DNA of 59,888 bases, counting the filler, from Rhizaria sp. SCN 62-66 (Eukaryota), in NCBI GenBank assembly GCA_001724265.1. It is 2 parts of 2 records of this genome, joined end to end, with 100 filler letters (N's around TTAATTAATTAA, not from the genome) between each part and the next. Parts side by side here need not be neighbours in the genome. Positions count along the whole stretch, not along the records: positions 30,000 to 59,888 come from MEDY01000375.1; 1 more part is not named here. The stretch is one strand, 5' to 3'. Of the stretch, positions 36,900-48,100 are shown piece by piece. The notes below the pieces were generated by a model. It made no database searches, was not told where the DNA came from, and saw only the letters and a program-made list of their open reading frames with translations. The stretch's first letter is position 1, and each line of letters starts with the position of its first letter. The position numbers and the translations under genes were made by a program.

Positions 36900-38448
36900 A
36901 TGCAGACATTTTTAAACGCACTGGGCTCCGCGATTGAGGACCAGGACGGTGACAGCGCGGCCCATTTGCTGCGCTTCGACCCGCCTTTTACCTCGGGCCC
37001 AGTTGCAGGCCTTGCTTCAGCGATCGCAGATGTACGTCGCACTCTACCTCGCTTCACAACAACATATTGTCCAATTAATTTCAAAGTGTATTATTAAAAT
37101 CTATATTTCACATATGTTAAAACTTCTTATATCCCTTGCAGAAGTCGTTTCCGTCCGTTATCTCGGCCGCTCTGTCGGGCCTCCCGCTGGCTCCTTTCGC
37201 GCTTCACTACCTTCGCTCCACGGCGCACACCGCCGCCGCCGCCGCCGCCTCGGGCTCCCCCAACGACTACGCCGCGGCCTTTGCGTCCGCGCAGCAGGCG
37301 CTGACCCCGCTGGCCGAGCTGGCGCGGTCCTCAACGACTGCCACGTCCACGCGCTCCGTCTGGTTCCTGCCTCTGCTCGACGTGGCGCTCACCCGCCTCC
37401 GCATCACGGCCGTCGCCGCCGACCGCCACCGCGCCCCCAACCCCGACGGCGACAGCGGTAGCAGCGGCGGCGCGGGCGTGCACGAGGGTGCCGGCGCGCT
37501 GGCGGTGGACGCGATGCGCAAGTGGCTCCTCATGGCAAACCTGGACCGGAGCGAGCTGCAGGACGGTCTCAAGCGCGCCACACTGCCTATCTCGGCACAC
37601 ATGCTGCGGCTGTACTTTAATCTGGGGCTCTCGCAGCGCGCCACGGAGCTGCTGAGCATGGGTGGAGTGCTTAGTATGAGCATGGCGGGCGTCGCGCGCG
37701 CGCGCGCCGTGTCGTTCCAATACTTCATCGGGCTCACGCTCGTGTATAACGGCGACTACGATGAGGCCCGCGAGCGGCTCGACTGGGCGCTGCGCCACTG
37801 CCACCGCGCGCACGCCGCCAACCAGCGCCGCATTCTCGCGCTGCTTGTTCCACTGCGGCTCGCCGCGCTGCTGCCGGTCAGCAGCGCCGCGCTCCGGCAG
37901 AAGGGCATGGAGCGCTACGCCGAGCTGGCCGAGGCCGTCGCCGCAGGCAACGTCGGTGCCTTCAACGAGTGGTACGTTGGCTGATGTGAGACGACACGAC
38001 GCTCTTTTGTTGAGTAATATTGATATGACTAGAATTTACAGCAAGGCCTCTTTCAAATTGATCCCCAAACACCCATTCTTTTGCTCACAACATGTTCGTA
38101 TGATGTTAATTTTTTTTGTTTTTTTCTTCAAACCCCAGCTTGCGCAAGCACCGCGTGTATTTTATCCGCCAAAGCGTGTTCATGATCGTCGATGGCCTGC
38201 GCCCTCTCGTGTACCGCCACTTGCTCCGCCGCGTCTACTTCAAGTACTTGAAGCCCGCGGAGCGCAAGATTATCCGCGAGGACCTGCTGCTCGCGGCGCT
38301 GCGCACGGTCGGCGCGCCGACGGACGTGGACCTGCTCGAGTGCGTGTTAGTGCAGCTCATCAACGCCAAGCGGCTCAAGGGCTACATCAGCCGCTCGGCC
38401 GCAGGCGTGCTCACGCTCGTGCTGGGGCCCGCGCCGTTCCCCGAGTGA
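36900..38448 (+). CDS. PCID2: PCI-domain protein PCID2/Thp1/Csn12-like; exons 36900-37031, 37142-37971, 38139-38448
   Basis: HMLRLYFNLG, SFQYFIGLTLVYNGDYDEARERLDWALRHCH..NQRRILALLVPLRL, and winged-helix end VDLLECVLVQLINAKRLKGYIS. GTACGT..CAG introns keep frame. Stop TGA. Confidence 0.8.
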
Positions 38449-39124
38449 GCGGCGAGCGACTCTTCGCAGACAAGTGTGAGTGCGACTGTGTGATCGCCAA
38501 TGGGCCGAAAGAGCCGACAACGAGCCGAGTTAGCTTGTGTTAATTTCGCATCGTGACTTGATAGACTTGATGTGGATTGATTTCCACGATATATTTCACT
38601 GTTATACATAGAATAATTATTTTTTCCGCTATATTACCTGGCGCTCCTTAAATGACAACATGTTTCGAAACTGATGCGCTGCATCAAGAGATTTTTCGGC
38701 TGTTGTGCTTCGTGTTTTCAGATCAGCACCTGTCAGAATAGACACTGCGTCGACTTTGAAGTCATGACACGACACAGTTTGTACTATGAATAAAGCTTAT
38801 TGTTACGATTTTAACTTCAAAATGACCTTGACCAGTGGAACTGCGAACAGTATCATTGAAAGCTCCCGGTCCTTTAGGTGCCCATCTAAAGCGGTGGTAC
38901 GTAGGTGAAACAAATCATGTGTTGCGATCAAATGAAAGGATATGATCGAAATAACTCATATTAGAAAAATAGAAAAATGTATTTCATATGTTATCTGAAT
39001 TTCTCGTCTATCTAAGCTATTCAAGTCTATATATCATTTGGTATACCACAAAGTACCTCCATAGTCAAAAATTGAGTTTAACATCAGTGGGCACAAACAT
39101 CATTAGCTCGCACGTATCCACCAC

Positions 39125-42100
39125 TTACGCGTCTTCAACGCCATTGACGGGCCTGCCGCCGTACGCCTCCGCAACTGCCGCAAGCACCCATGCGCGGACC
39201 TCGCGCTTGGACACCCAGTGGTGCCAGAGCCTGCGCCGCGCCGCCGTGCGCTGTCCGTCATCGAGCCGCCACCCACCCGCGGCGCCGCCACCGAGCTCGA
39301 GCCCCAGCCCCAGCCCCAGAGCGCCCAACGCTGCGCCCTCCACACCCGCATGTTCTCCGGCTGCGCCCGCGGCGCCCGCAGCGGCGCCCGCGGCGCGGAG
39401 CGTGCCGGTGCGGAGCAGCGCGCGGCGCTGGCGCGCGATGTCGACGTAGCCGGCGCGCGTGGCCGCGAGCTGCGCCGTGAGCGGGATGCCAGTGTAGGTG
39501 CCCCAGCGCTGGACAAGCAGGCGCTGCGCCTCGGTCTCGGCGGCGGCGGCAGCAATGGCAGCGGCCGCTGCGGCTGCGTCGTGCTGCTGGAGCTGTTGCT
39601 GCTGCTGGCTGTTGTGCTTGCCGTTGTGCGCACCAGCAGGGAGAGCAACAATGGGAGCGACTGCAGCGCCCATAGCAGTGATCGTAACAGGCATCAGCGA
39701 AGCAGATGAGGACGATGCCGACACAGACGCAGAGCCAGCAGCGGATGCCGAGGCAGACGCAGAGGCCGAGCTTGACGCCGAGCTCGAAAGGACTGACTGT
39801 GCGGTGCCGAAATCGAACATGTCACCGCGCGCTGCACCAGAGCCCGCCGCAGCCGCTGTGACCGAGGCCAGCGCCAGGCTCTCGCTGCTGCTGCTCGCAC
39901 TTAGGGCGCTGGCGCGGACACTGTTCGCCGCACTCGCACTAGAGTCGCCCATGACAGTCGTGTCGAGCGCGCGCAGTCCCGCGACACCGCTGATGCTGTT
40001 GCTGTTACTGTTGAAAAACGCGACGTCGTCGATGCCGCTCTCAGCGTCAGCCTTCGCCCGCGCGCGCGCCTCGGCCACATATGCCGCCTCAGCCTCGGCC
40101 GCAGCCCGCGCCGCAGAGTCAGCCTCACGCTCGCGCTCCTCCGCCGCAGCAACCGCCGCTGCCGCGGCCTCAAGCGTTTCCGCGGCGCGTCCCGAGGCCT
40201 TGAAGGGCGGCGGCAACAGCGCGGTGGTCTGCAGCGCGGCGCGGAGGCGCATGACCGACGCCGTAGCGGGGTCGGAGGCGTCCCACACGAGAGACGTCAC
40301 GCCCCAGTTTTGGCTCGGCAGCGCGACGGGGCGCACGCCGGCAGACTCGCTGCCGGGCGCGCCGCCCGTCGACATCAGAGTCGGCAGCCGCTCCAGCGCA
40401 GGCCGCGTCGCAGCCGCAGCGTTGGCACCGCCCGGGGGCGCGATGATGCCCGACAGTCTGCGCCCCTTGCCGCTACTCGCGCTGCCTGGCGCAGCAGTCA
40501 CGTGCAGATGGCCCGCGGTGGGCGCGTAGTAGAGCGAAGGCTGGTGCCCGTGGTGGTGCTGCTGACGCTGCAGCATGACGTAGTAAAACGCCGCCTGAGC
40601 CTGCGCCACGGCGCCGAGGTAGCACGCGTCGGGCTCGGAGAAGAGCATCGGCCGCCCTGGCGCAAGCACAATCACGCCCCCGCCCGCGGCAGCAGCGGCG
40701 CCACCGCCGCGCCCGCCGCCACTTGCGCTGTTGCGCCGTCCACCCGGCGCGACCGTTGCCACTCCGGCTTTGCCGGTGCCGCCGCTGGCAATGGCAAGGC
40801 TGCCGTTCGTGCTCGAGAGCTCCAGCCGCAGCGCGTCGATCTCGCGGCGGAAGTCGGGGTCCGCGACCACAGCGTCCCAGATGCGCGCCAGCAGCCCCGC
40901 GCGCGCGCGCACAACGGCGCGGCGGCGGCGCCACCAGCGCTGGATGAGCACGACCTTGCGGCGGAACGACTGGACAATCAGCGGCAGGAACGGGCGCGAA
41001 GACAGCTCCGTGAGCACGGTGCGGACGACGTCGGCGGCCGTGTCGCGGACACGGCGCGCGCGCGCGTGGGCCCAGCGGGCGCTGAAGCTCAGCATGCGCA
41101 GGCGGAACGCGCGCGCGCGGTCGCAGTCGCGCTCGCGGTCCGCCGCGGCGGCGCCGTCGCCGCTGTTGCGGTCACGCTCACGGTCGCGGCGGCGCGGGCT
41201 GCCGTTGGTGTTATTGCAGCTGCTGCCGCTGAGATTGCCGCTGGCACTGAGGTTTGTGCTCGGGTTCGCGTTGGCAATGGTGGCGACAGCGGCAGCAGCG
41301 GCAGCGACGCGATATTGTTGTGGCAATGGAGGCGGTGCGTAGTAAGACGGCAGATGCAGGTAGCCATATGCGTCGCAGTCATCGTCAGCCTTCCACCCGC
41401 CGTGCTGGTGATGTGTGGTCTCATCTTCATCGTCGTTGTCGGCGTCACTGTCGTTGTAGGTGCGGAATAAACTATGCGGCTTGTTCGTGTTAACCCGATC
41501 GTTATTATTCGAGCCAGTGGTATTATTGCTGGTGCGACGAAAAGGCACGGCTTTGTTGGTGTCAAGTTCAACGACATTGCCACTCCTAGAATGCGAGTTC
41601 TTACTCTTGTTCGTATCAGTCGGCGCACTCCTGTCACCAATGCCAGCGCCGCTAGAGCGTTTGCCACTGCGACGGCGCCGGCGCCTCTCGTTGCGCTCGC
41701 AGCCTGCGGCGTCTGTGGCGACATCGACCGCCACGCCGCCCCAGTACCCCACCAACGGCGGCGCAATTGGGGTCACGACAGCCATCGTCACAGCGCCAGC
41801 AGCAGCGGCCGCGGCACCGCGGCTCCCGCGGGCACGCGCTCCAACGCCATTAAGATTGCTGTTGTTAGTGTTCGCGTTCGCGTTGTAGTTGTAGACAATA
41901 TTCGGGTTAGTCAAGGGCACTGCGGCGCCGGTGGTCGAGTCCGCGCGCTCGGGGTCCGAGTCGGAGGCGCAGATCTCGTCGTCGCGCCTCTGCCGCTGAC
42001 GGCGCCGCTGCTGCTCCGCCTGGTGCTGCGCCTCAACGTCCACCTCGCTGCTCCCGTCCTTGCCGTGGACGTTGTCCGTGCTGGCAACGGTGAGGTTGCG

Positions 42101-45100
42101 CTTGGGGCTCAGAGGGTCGTCGCTGTCGTCCTCGCTGCTGCTACTGTGTCCATTCGCGTTGTCATAGTGATTTGCTGTGCGGCGCGCGCGCCGACCCCGA
42201 GCCCTGACGCGCTCCAAGTAGGCGACCGGCTCCTTCGTGCGCATCACCTCGCGCGGGATCGCCGCGATCGCGGTGATGATCGTGAGCCACAGCTGCTCGC
42301 GCTGCCGCGTGCGCGCTACCACCTCGGCCTCAGCGGCCTCGGACTGCGCGCGCCGCTCCGCCGCAGCCTTAGCACGCGCTACGCGCGCTTGCTCGGCGAG
42401 AGTCGCGGTATCGGCGTCGCGAGCGCGCTTGGCGTCCGCGGCGGCGGCCAGACTGTCGAGCACGGCGGCCTCGCGCTCCGCGTGCGTCCGGGGACGGCTG
42501 CTGTGGGCGCGCACAGAGCGACTCTGCGGCGACTGCGACTGAGACTGCGAGTCCGGCTGTGAGTCCTGAATACCCAGGATTTGCGTGCATGAGGTAGATC
42601 CTGACTGCGGATGCTGATCGTCAGCAGCAGCGGCTGGCGACTGCGGCTGTGAGTCGCCGCCACTGTGACCGAAGGCGATGTTGTGGGCGTTGTTGTTGCA
42701 ACGTGCTTGTGCCCGTTCGTAGCGTTCGCGCGCATTCCACGCACGCTCCCACTGGTCGCCCTTGTGGTGATGCTGCGGGTGCTGAGCCATGATGGCATTG
42801 TCGTCCCCATCAATGTCGTCATCACCACGGCTATATGCAGCAGCATGTCCACTCTCAGGCGCATTCTGCCCTTCATTGTCGGAGGCGTGGTCAACGCCAC
42901 TTGCTTTCCTCTTGTTTGCGAGCGCCGCGGCCTCTTTCTCGGCCTGCATAATCAGCCGCATGCGCTCGCGCGGACCGTCTGCGGCCACATACGCGACACC
43001 CAGCTCCCTCCGTGCGCGCGCAAAGCCGACGCCGCCCATGCCCGCGCCGCCCGCAGCGCCGCCCGCGGTGGCGCGCATCACGAGACTCGCGCTGGCCGCG
43101 GACCGCGGGCGCACAGAGAGCTCGCGTCGCAGCCCGGCCGCGGCGTTGTGACCAGTGAACTCCGCCATGCCAGCAGCGCTCGCAGCCGCGCCATTCCCGG
43201 GGCCGGAAAAGATCGGCCGCGAGTGCGGGTGTTGCTCGTTGGCGCCAGTGATCCATGAAGTTAGGCCGCCAGTCGACGCCTTGCCGGTCATGATGTCCAC
43301 GGGCGCGGCAAACGACGACTGCGGCGCCAGCAATGCGCGCGCGTCGGGCTTGCGAAGCGCGAGGCGCGTGTTCGTGTGCGCCTCTGCCGCGGGCGCCACA
43401 GACACGCCCGGTCCCGGCTGCGCGGCTGCAAACCGGCCCGCCTGCGTAAAGGCGACGCCCTTGCTTTCGTTGCCGAAGACGCGCGCGGCCGTGCGCGCGC
43501 CGTCGCCGACGTAGTCGCGGTTCGGCAGCCCCGCGTAGTCGCTCGACGCCGGGTGCGAGGCCCCGCGTCGGCTGACAGTGACGCGGCCCACGACCGTGCC
43601 CGTGGCCGGGTCCAGCGCGGGCAGCCCCGTGGCCTCATCGACGACCACGCGGCCGCGCGAGTCCCGCAGCGGCGCGCACGTCGCCGGGTCTACCACGGGG
43701 AAGCTCAGCGCGTCGCGGCCGTGGCGCGCCGCGTACGCGTGCTCGTAGGGCCCGTACGGCAGCTGCGACGGCCGCTGCCCGCCGTCCGCCAGAGAGGGCG
43801 TCGAAACGTGCTTGCTACCCGACAGTACAGACGCTTGCGCAGGGGCTGCAGGAGGCAGAAAAGACCGATGCGCGGTGCTCGCAGCGGCCGCGGCGGCGAT
43901 GCCAGCGTTAAGGCCGTAGCTAAACGCAACAGCACCGCCGCCTGCAATTGCGGAGGCGCGCGACAGGCGGCCCGCGGCTGTGGCGGGGCGCAAACGCGTC
44001 GCGCGGCCTGCGCCGGGGCCGTCGCGGTGCGCGCGCGGGAAGGAGCCTGCTGTGACGGGGTTCGTCGCGCTATTGGTGCTGTTGCTGTCCGTGATGTGCA
44101 CAGTGCTGCTGTGCGTGGAAACGGTGAAACAGGGCGAGAGCTGCGCAGATGTTAATGTGGTGGAGCTGGAAAGACCAGAGTGCAGGTAGCTTGTTGTGCC
44201 AGCAACATTTGAGTTGTTCGCCTGATCATCCTTTTTGACAATATCGGGGTCGTGCTCCAAAGCACCGATCGTGGTCATATTCGCGCTGTCACGGGCTGCA
44301 TCAACAGAGCCATTACCACCACGAGAATGCTTCTCCTTGCTTGGACTCGCGATACCGCTGGGATCAGTTTCAGCAGCGGCGAATGCCTGCTTAGGGATCA
44401 CCTTGCGGAACACGCGGTCCGCCTGTGCCAATACGCGCGCTGCGCGCTGCGACATCGCGCCCGAGCTGTTGGCGTCAGTAATGTTCTGATCACCCACAGC
44501 AGTGCCATTGCCAGCAGCGCTTACGACAGTTGTTGTGTTCTGAGCGTCGCTCTTTGTAACTGCGTTGTTTGTGTTGACATTCGAGTACGTTTGAGGGTCG
44601 AGCCGTTCCGCGCGCGCAAACGTGCCCGATGGGCCGAACACCCGCGTTTCGCCCAGAATCGTCACCGTAGTACCCCGGCGCGCGCGGCGGGAGACCGCAG
44701 TCTGCGCGAGGTTCTGCGCGAGCGCCGCCCGTGCGCCTGTGCTTGAGCTGGGACGCGCGGTGACGGAGCGCTTGACACCCGTCGCAGCGGGAGCAGCAGC
44801 GGGAGCATTAGCAGCAGACTTTGGAGTCGTGTTTGCGTTTGTGTTGTTGCTTGAGTTACTGATGCTGTTATGGCCACGGCGCTGCGTAGAGACGGTTGGC
44901 ATCGGTAAATCGAGAACGATGTTCTCGTCATCGTCGTCTTCGTCGTTCTCCTGAGTCACGCTGAGTCCCTTTTGCTGACCCTTCTGCTCTCTCTCGCGCG
45001 CGAGCTCTGCCTCTGGCTTGAGTCCGAGACTGGCCGTAAACTGACTGCCGCGGTGCCCAAGCCCCAGCGCGGCCCGCGTGTCCGCGAACAGCGCCGCCAT

Positions 45101-48100
45101 CTCGGTGATGCCGGCCGCAGCGCACTGCTGCAGGCGGTCCGTTCCGCGCACCCAGTTCGCGTCCTGAGAGGCGCTGGCAGGGGACGAGGCTCGGGCCTTG
45201 TCCTTGCTGCTCCCGTCCTGAGCAATCTTAGGAGAGACATGCTTTGCGCGAGGGGTTAAAGCAACAGGAACTGTGCGAGCGCTCATTTGACCACTCGTGC
45301 TGGTTGCGTTTGCGCTAGCACTAGAGTCAGCGCTGCTTTTGTTGCTGTCTTGGTTGCTGTTACTGTCGCTGTGTGTGTAGTCATTGCTGTAGCCACTAAG
45401 AATGTTGACACAAGCCTGCTTGTACTCGTTACTCGCATTAACATTTACACTCGTTGTCGCAGCTTCGCTAGAGCTCGACCGACTATCATAGCTGCCACGC
45501 TTTCTGGTGTCACTACTCAAGTGACTGTCGCGGCTTGCACTGTGTGAGTCGCTCTGGCTGTTGCCGGTGTGACCGCTGCTGCAGTCAACGCGCGGCTTCT
45601 CCGCATCGTCGCAGCGCGGCAGCGCAGTGAACGCGCCCCCCGACGGCGCCGCGTAGCGCCCCTCGCTGTACACCGGCACCGCGGCCATCGAGGCCAGCAG
45701 CTCCGAGTGCGACAGAAGCCCGCGCGCGTCGCGGAAGTGCGCGGTCAGCCGCCACGGCACCGCGCTCGCGCCAGAGCTCGCGCTGGAACTCGCTGCGGGA
45801 GCGCCGGCTGCGACAGCAGTACTGAAAGTAGTGTTTGTAGTGTTTGTGCTAGTCACTTGTCTCAAACCAGAGCCAGCGTCTTTGGTGTTTTTATCCGTCA
45901 CCATCGCGTCGTAGGCTGAATACAGCCCGTCTCCGCATCCGGCACCAAACAGCGGGCGCGGCTTGGCTTTGACTGCAGAAGCACGAGCACTAACATTGCT
46001 GTCGTTCGCACTGTTGTTCTTCTCAAACTCAACGCGTTTGTTGTTCTTGCCGTCACTCGCATTCGTGGCCGCTGCAGTAGCTGCGGCGGGCAGCGGCGGC
46101 GGGTGAATGAGCGCGTGCTCTTCGTCTTCAGTAAGCGGCTTAACTTCGCGGCGCGCCCACGCAGCGGCGCCGGCGGCAGTGAACGGGCCCACAGGAGCGG
46201 GCGGCAAGTTGCGATTATCGCTGTCGGTAGTGTTGTTCACGGGTGGAGGAGACGGCGGTGGCAGGGGAATGTTGGTCGGCGTAGCTCGCTTGATCTGCGT
46301 ATTGTGTGACGGCAGCGTGAGGGCCAGCGCCGTTTCGGGAACACTGGCGTATGCCCGAGGCGCCGCCCACTGCTGCTCTTCTGGCTCACGCTGTTGAGGT
46401 TCTTGCGCTTCACCGACAGCAGCCACGTGAGCATTGTTAACAACCGGAGCAATGAGAGCAAAGTCATCGTTGCTGTCGCCAGTGTTGCCGCCAGAGGGCG
46501 CGAAGGCGGCGTCTACGGCGGCGGCCATGACCGTGGCCGAGGTGGTCAGCGGCCGGCCGAGGACGTCGCTCTCGCGGCCTGCCAGCAGCGCCAGCTGGTC
46601 GACCTGCGACGAAGTTAGCGCGGCCGCGGCGTCGGCATGCAGGAAGCCCCGGAAGCCGGCAGCCGCGGCGCTGACGTCATCTCTAGAGTCAACCACTCCA
46701 GACGAAGGGGCGATCGCACTTGAATCAGGACTAAAAGCAACGGTTGCACCACCGCCAGAGGTTGATGCCGCTCTCTGCGCGTTGTAAATGGCGTTAAAGG
46801 AGGCGCCGGGGGTCTGCGGGGGCACGAACAAACTCGGCCTGTTCGTTGGCCGCCCCTGCGCAAAGTCAGGCCGCCGGTGGTGCTTGTCGCTGTTGGAGCC
46901 CGTTTCACTGTCGACGGCCGCAGCAGTCGCGGACGCAGGAGGGGCGAGCCAGCCGCCCCTGCGCGCAAGCGTCTCTGCCTCAGCTTTGGTCTTGGCCTCC
47001 GCTGCCGCCGCGGCCGCAGCAGCCTCAGCTGCCGCGCGCGCCGCCGCCGCCGCAGCTTTTTCCGCAGAAATTTCAGCTGCAATAACCGCTTCCTCCGCGG
47101 CCGCGCGCGCCGCCGCCTCAGCCTCCGCCGCGGCCGCCGCGGCCTCGAGGGCCTCGCGCGACGTGGGGCCGCGGTTGACGGGGTATTTGTCGACGTACAC
47201 GCCGCGCCGCGACGCACGCGCGGTGCGGCCGCGGCCGGAAGCGATTCCGTGAGCAGGAACAGAGGCAGAGGCAGAAGCTGGGGCTAGACGACTGCGCGCT
47301 GTTGCCGTCTGATTAGAGCTCGCAGCGACAGGACTGCTTGCACGAGGCGTGTTGGCCGTCGTCTTGGCCTTGGAGTTGACGTTGCTGAGACCGGATTTGG
47401 GTGCGGGCGTGGCAGGCGCTGCAGCAACAGCTGCGGCCTCTGGGTTGTAATACACGTCCTCCTCATCGTCGCTGTCGCTGTAAGCCACGGCCGCAGTCTC
47501 ACGCCTGCCGCTCATGTTCGCGCCCGGATTGTTGACGCTATCATTGCCATTCGTGATGTCACGATGAGAGTCGGCTTTGTTGTTCCGGCGCACGTAGCGA
47601 GGGTCGGTGAGCCCGCCACCGGCCCCGTCGCCCTCGTAGTCGCACACGGTGTCGCAGTCGCTATCCTCGTCATCGCCCACGCCCGCGCCCGCGCCCGCAG
47701 CTGCCGCAGCGACGACGGCGGTCGTGGTCGCGGGGTCGCTGCCGCAGCCCGCGCCGACGGCCAGAGCCACCGCGTTGGCCGCCCGCGCTCTGGCGCTGGC
47801 TGCGGCCTCAGCCCTGGCGCGGGACAGGGCCCGTGCCGCGGCGGCCCGGTCGGCGAGCGCCTGCTGCTGCGCCGCGACGAGCGCGGCCACCTCGGCCTCG
47901 CGCGAGGCCGCGAAGCCCGTCTGCGCCTCGCGCGTGTCGCCCAGCGCGCGCGCGCGCAGCGGCGGCCCCACATCGCCGCCGCGCGGGGGCGTGCTCCCCG
48001 CTTCGGTGATATGGCGGCGGCCCACGAGGCCCGGGTTCGCGGTGCCCGGTGGCAGCGAGAGTAAGCGTTCGGCTGTGGCGGCAGCGGCTGCTGAAGCAGC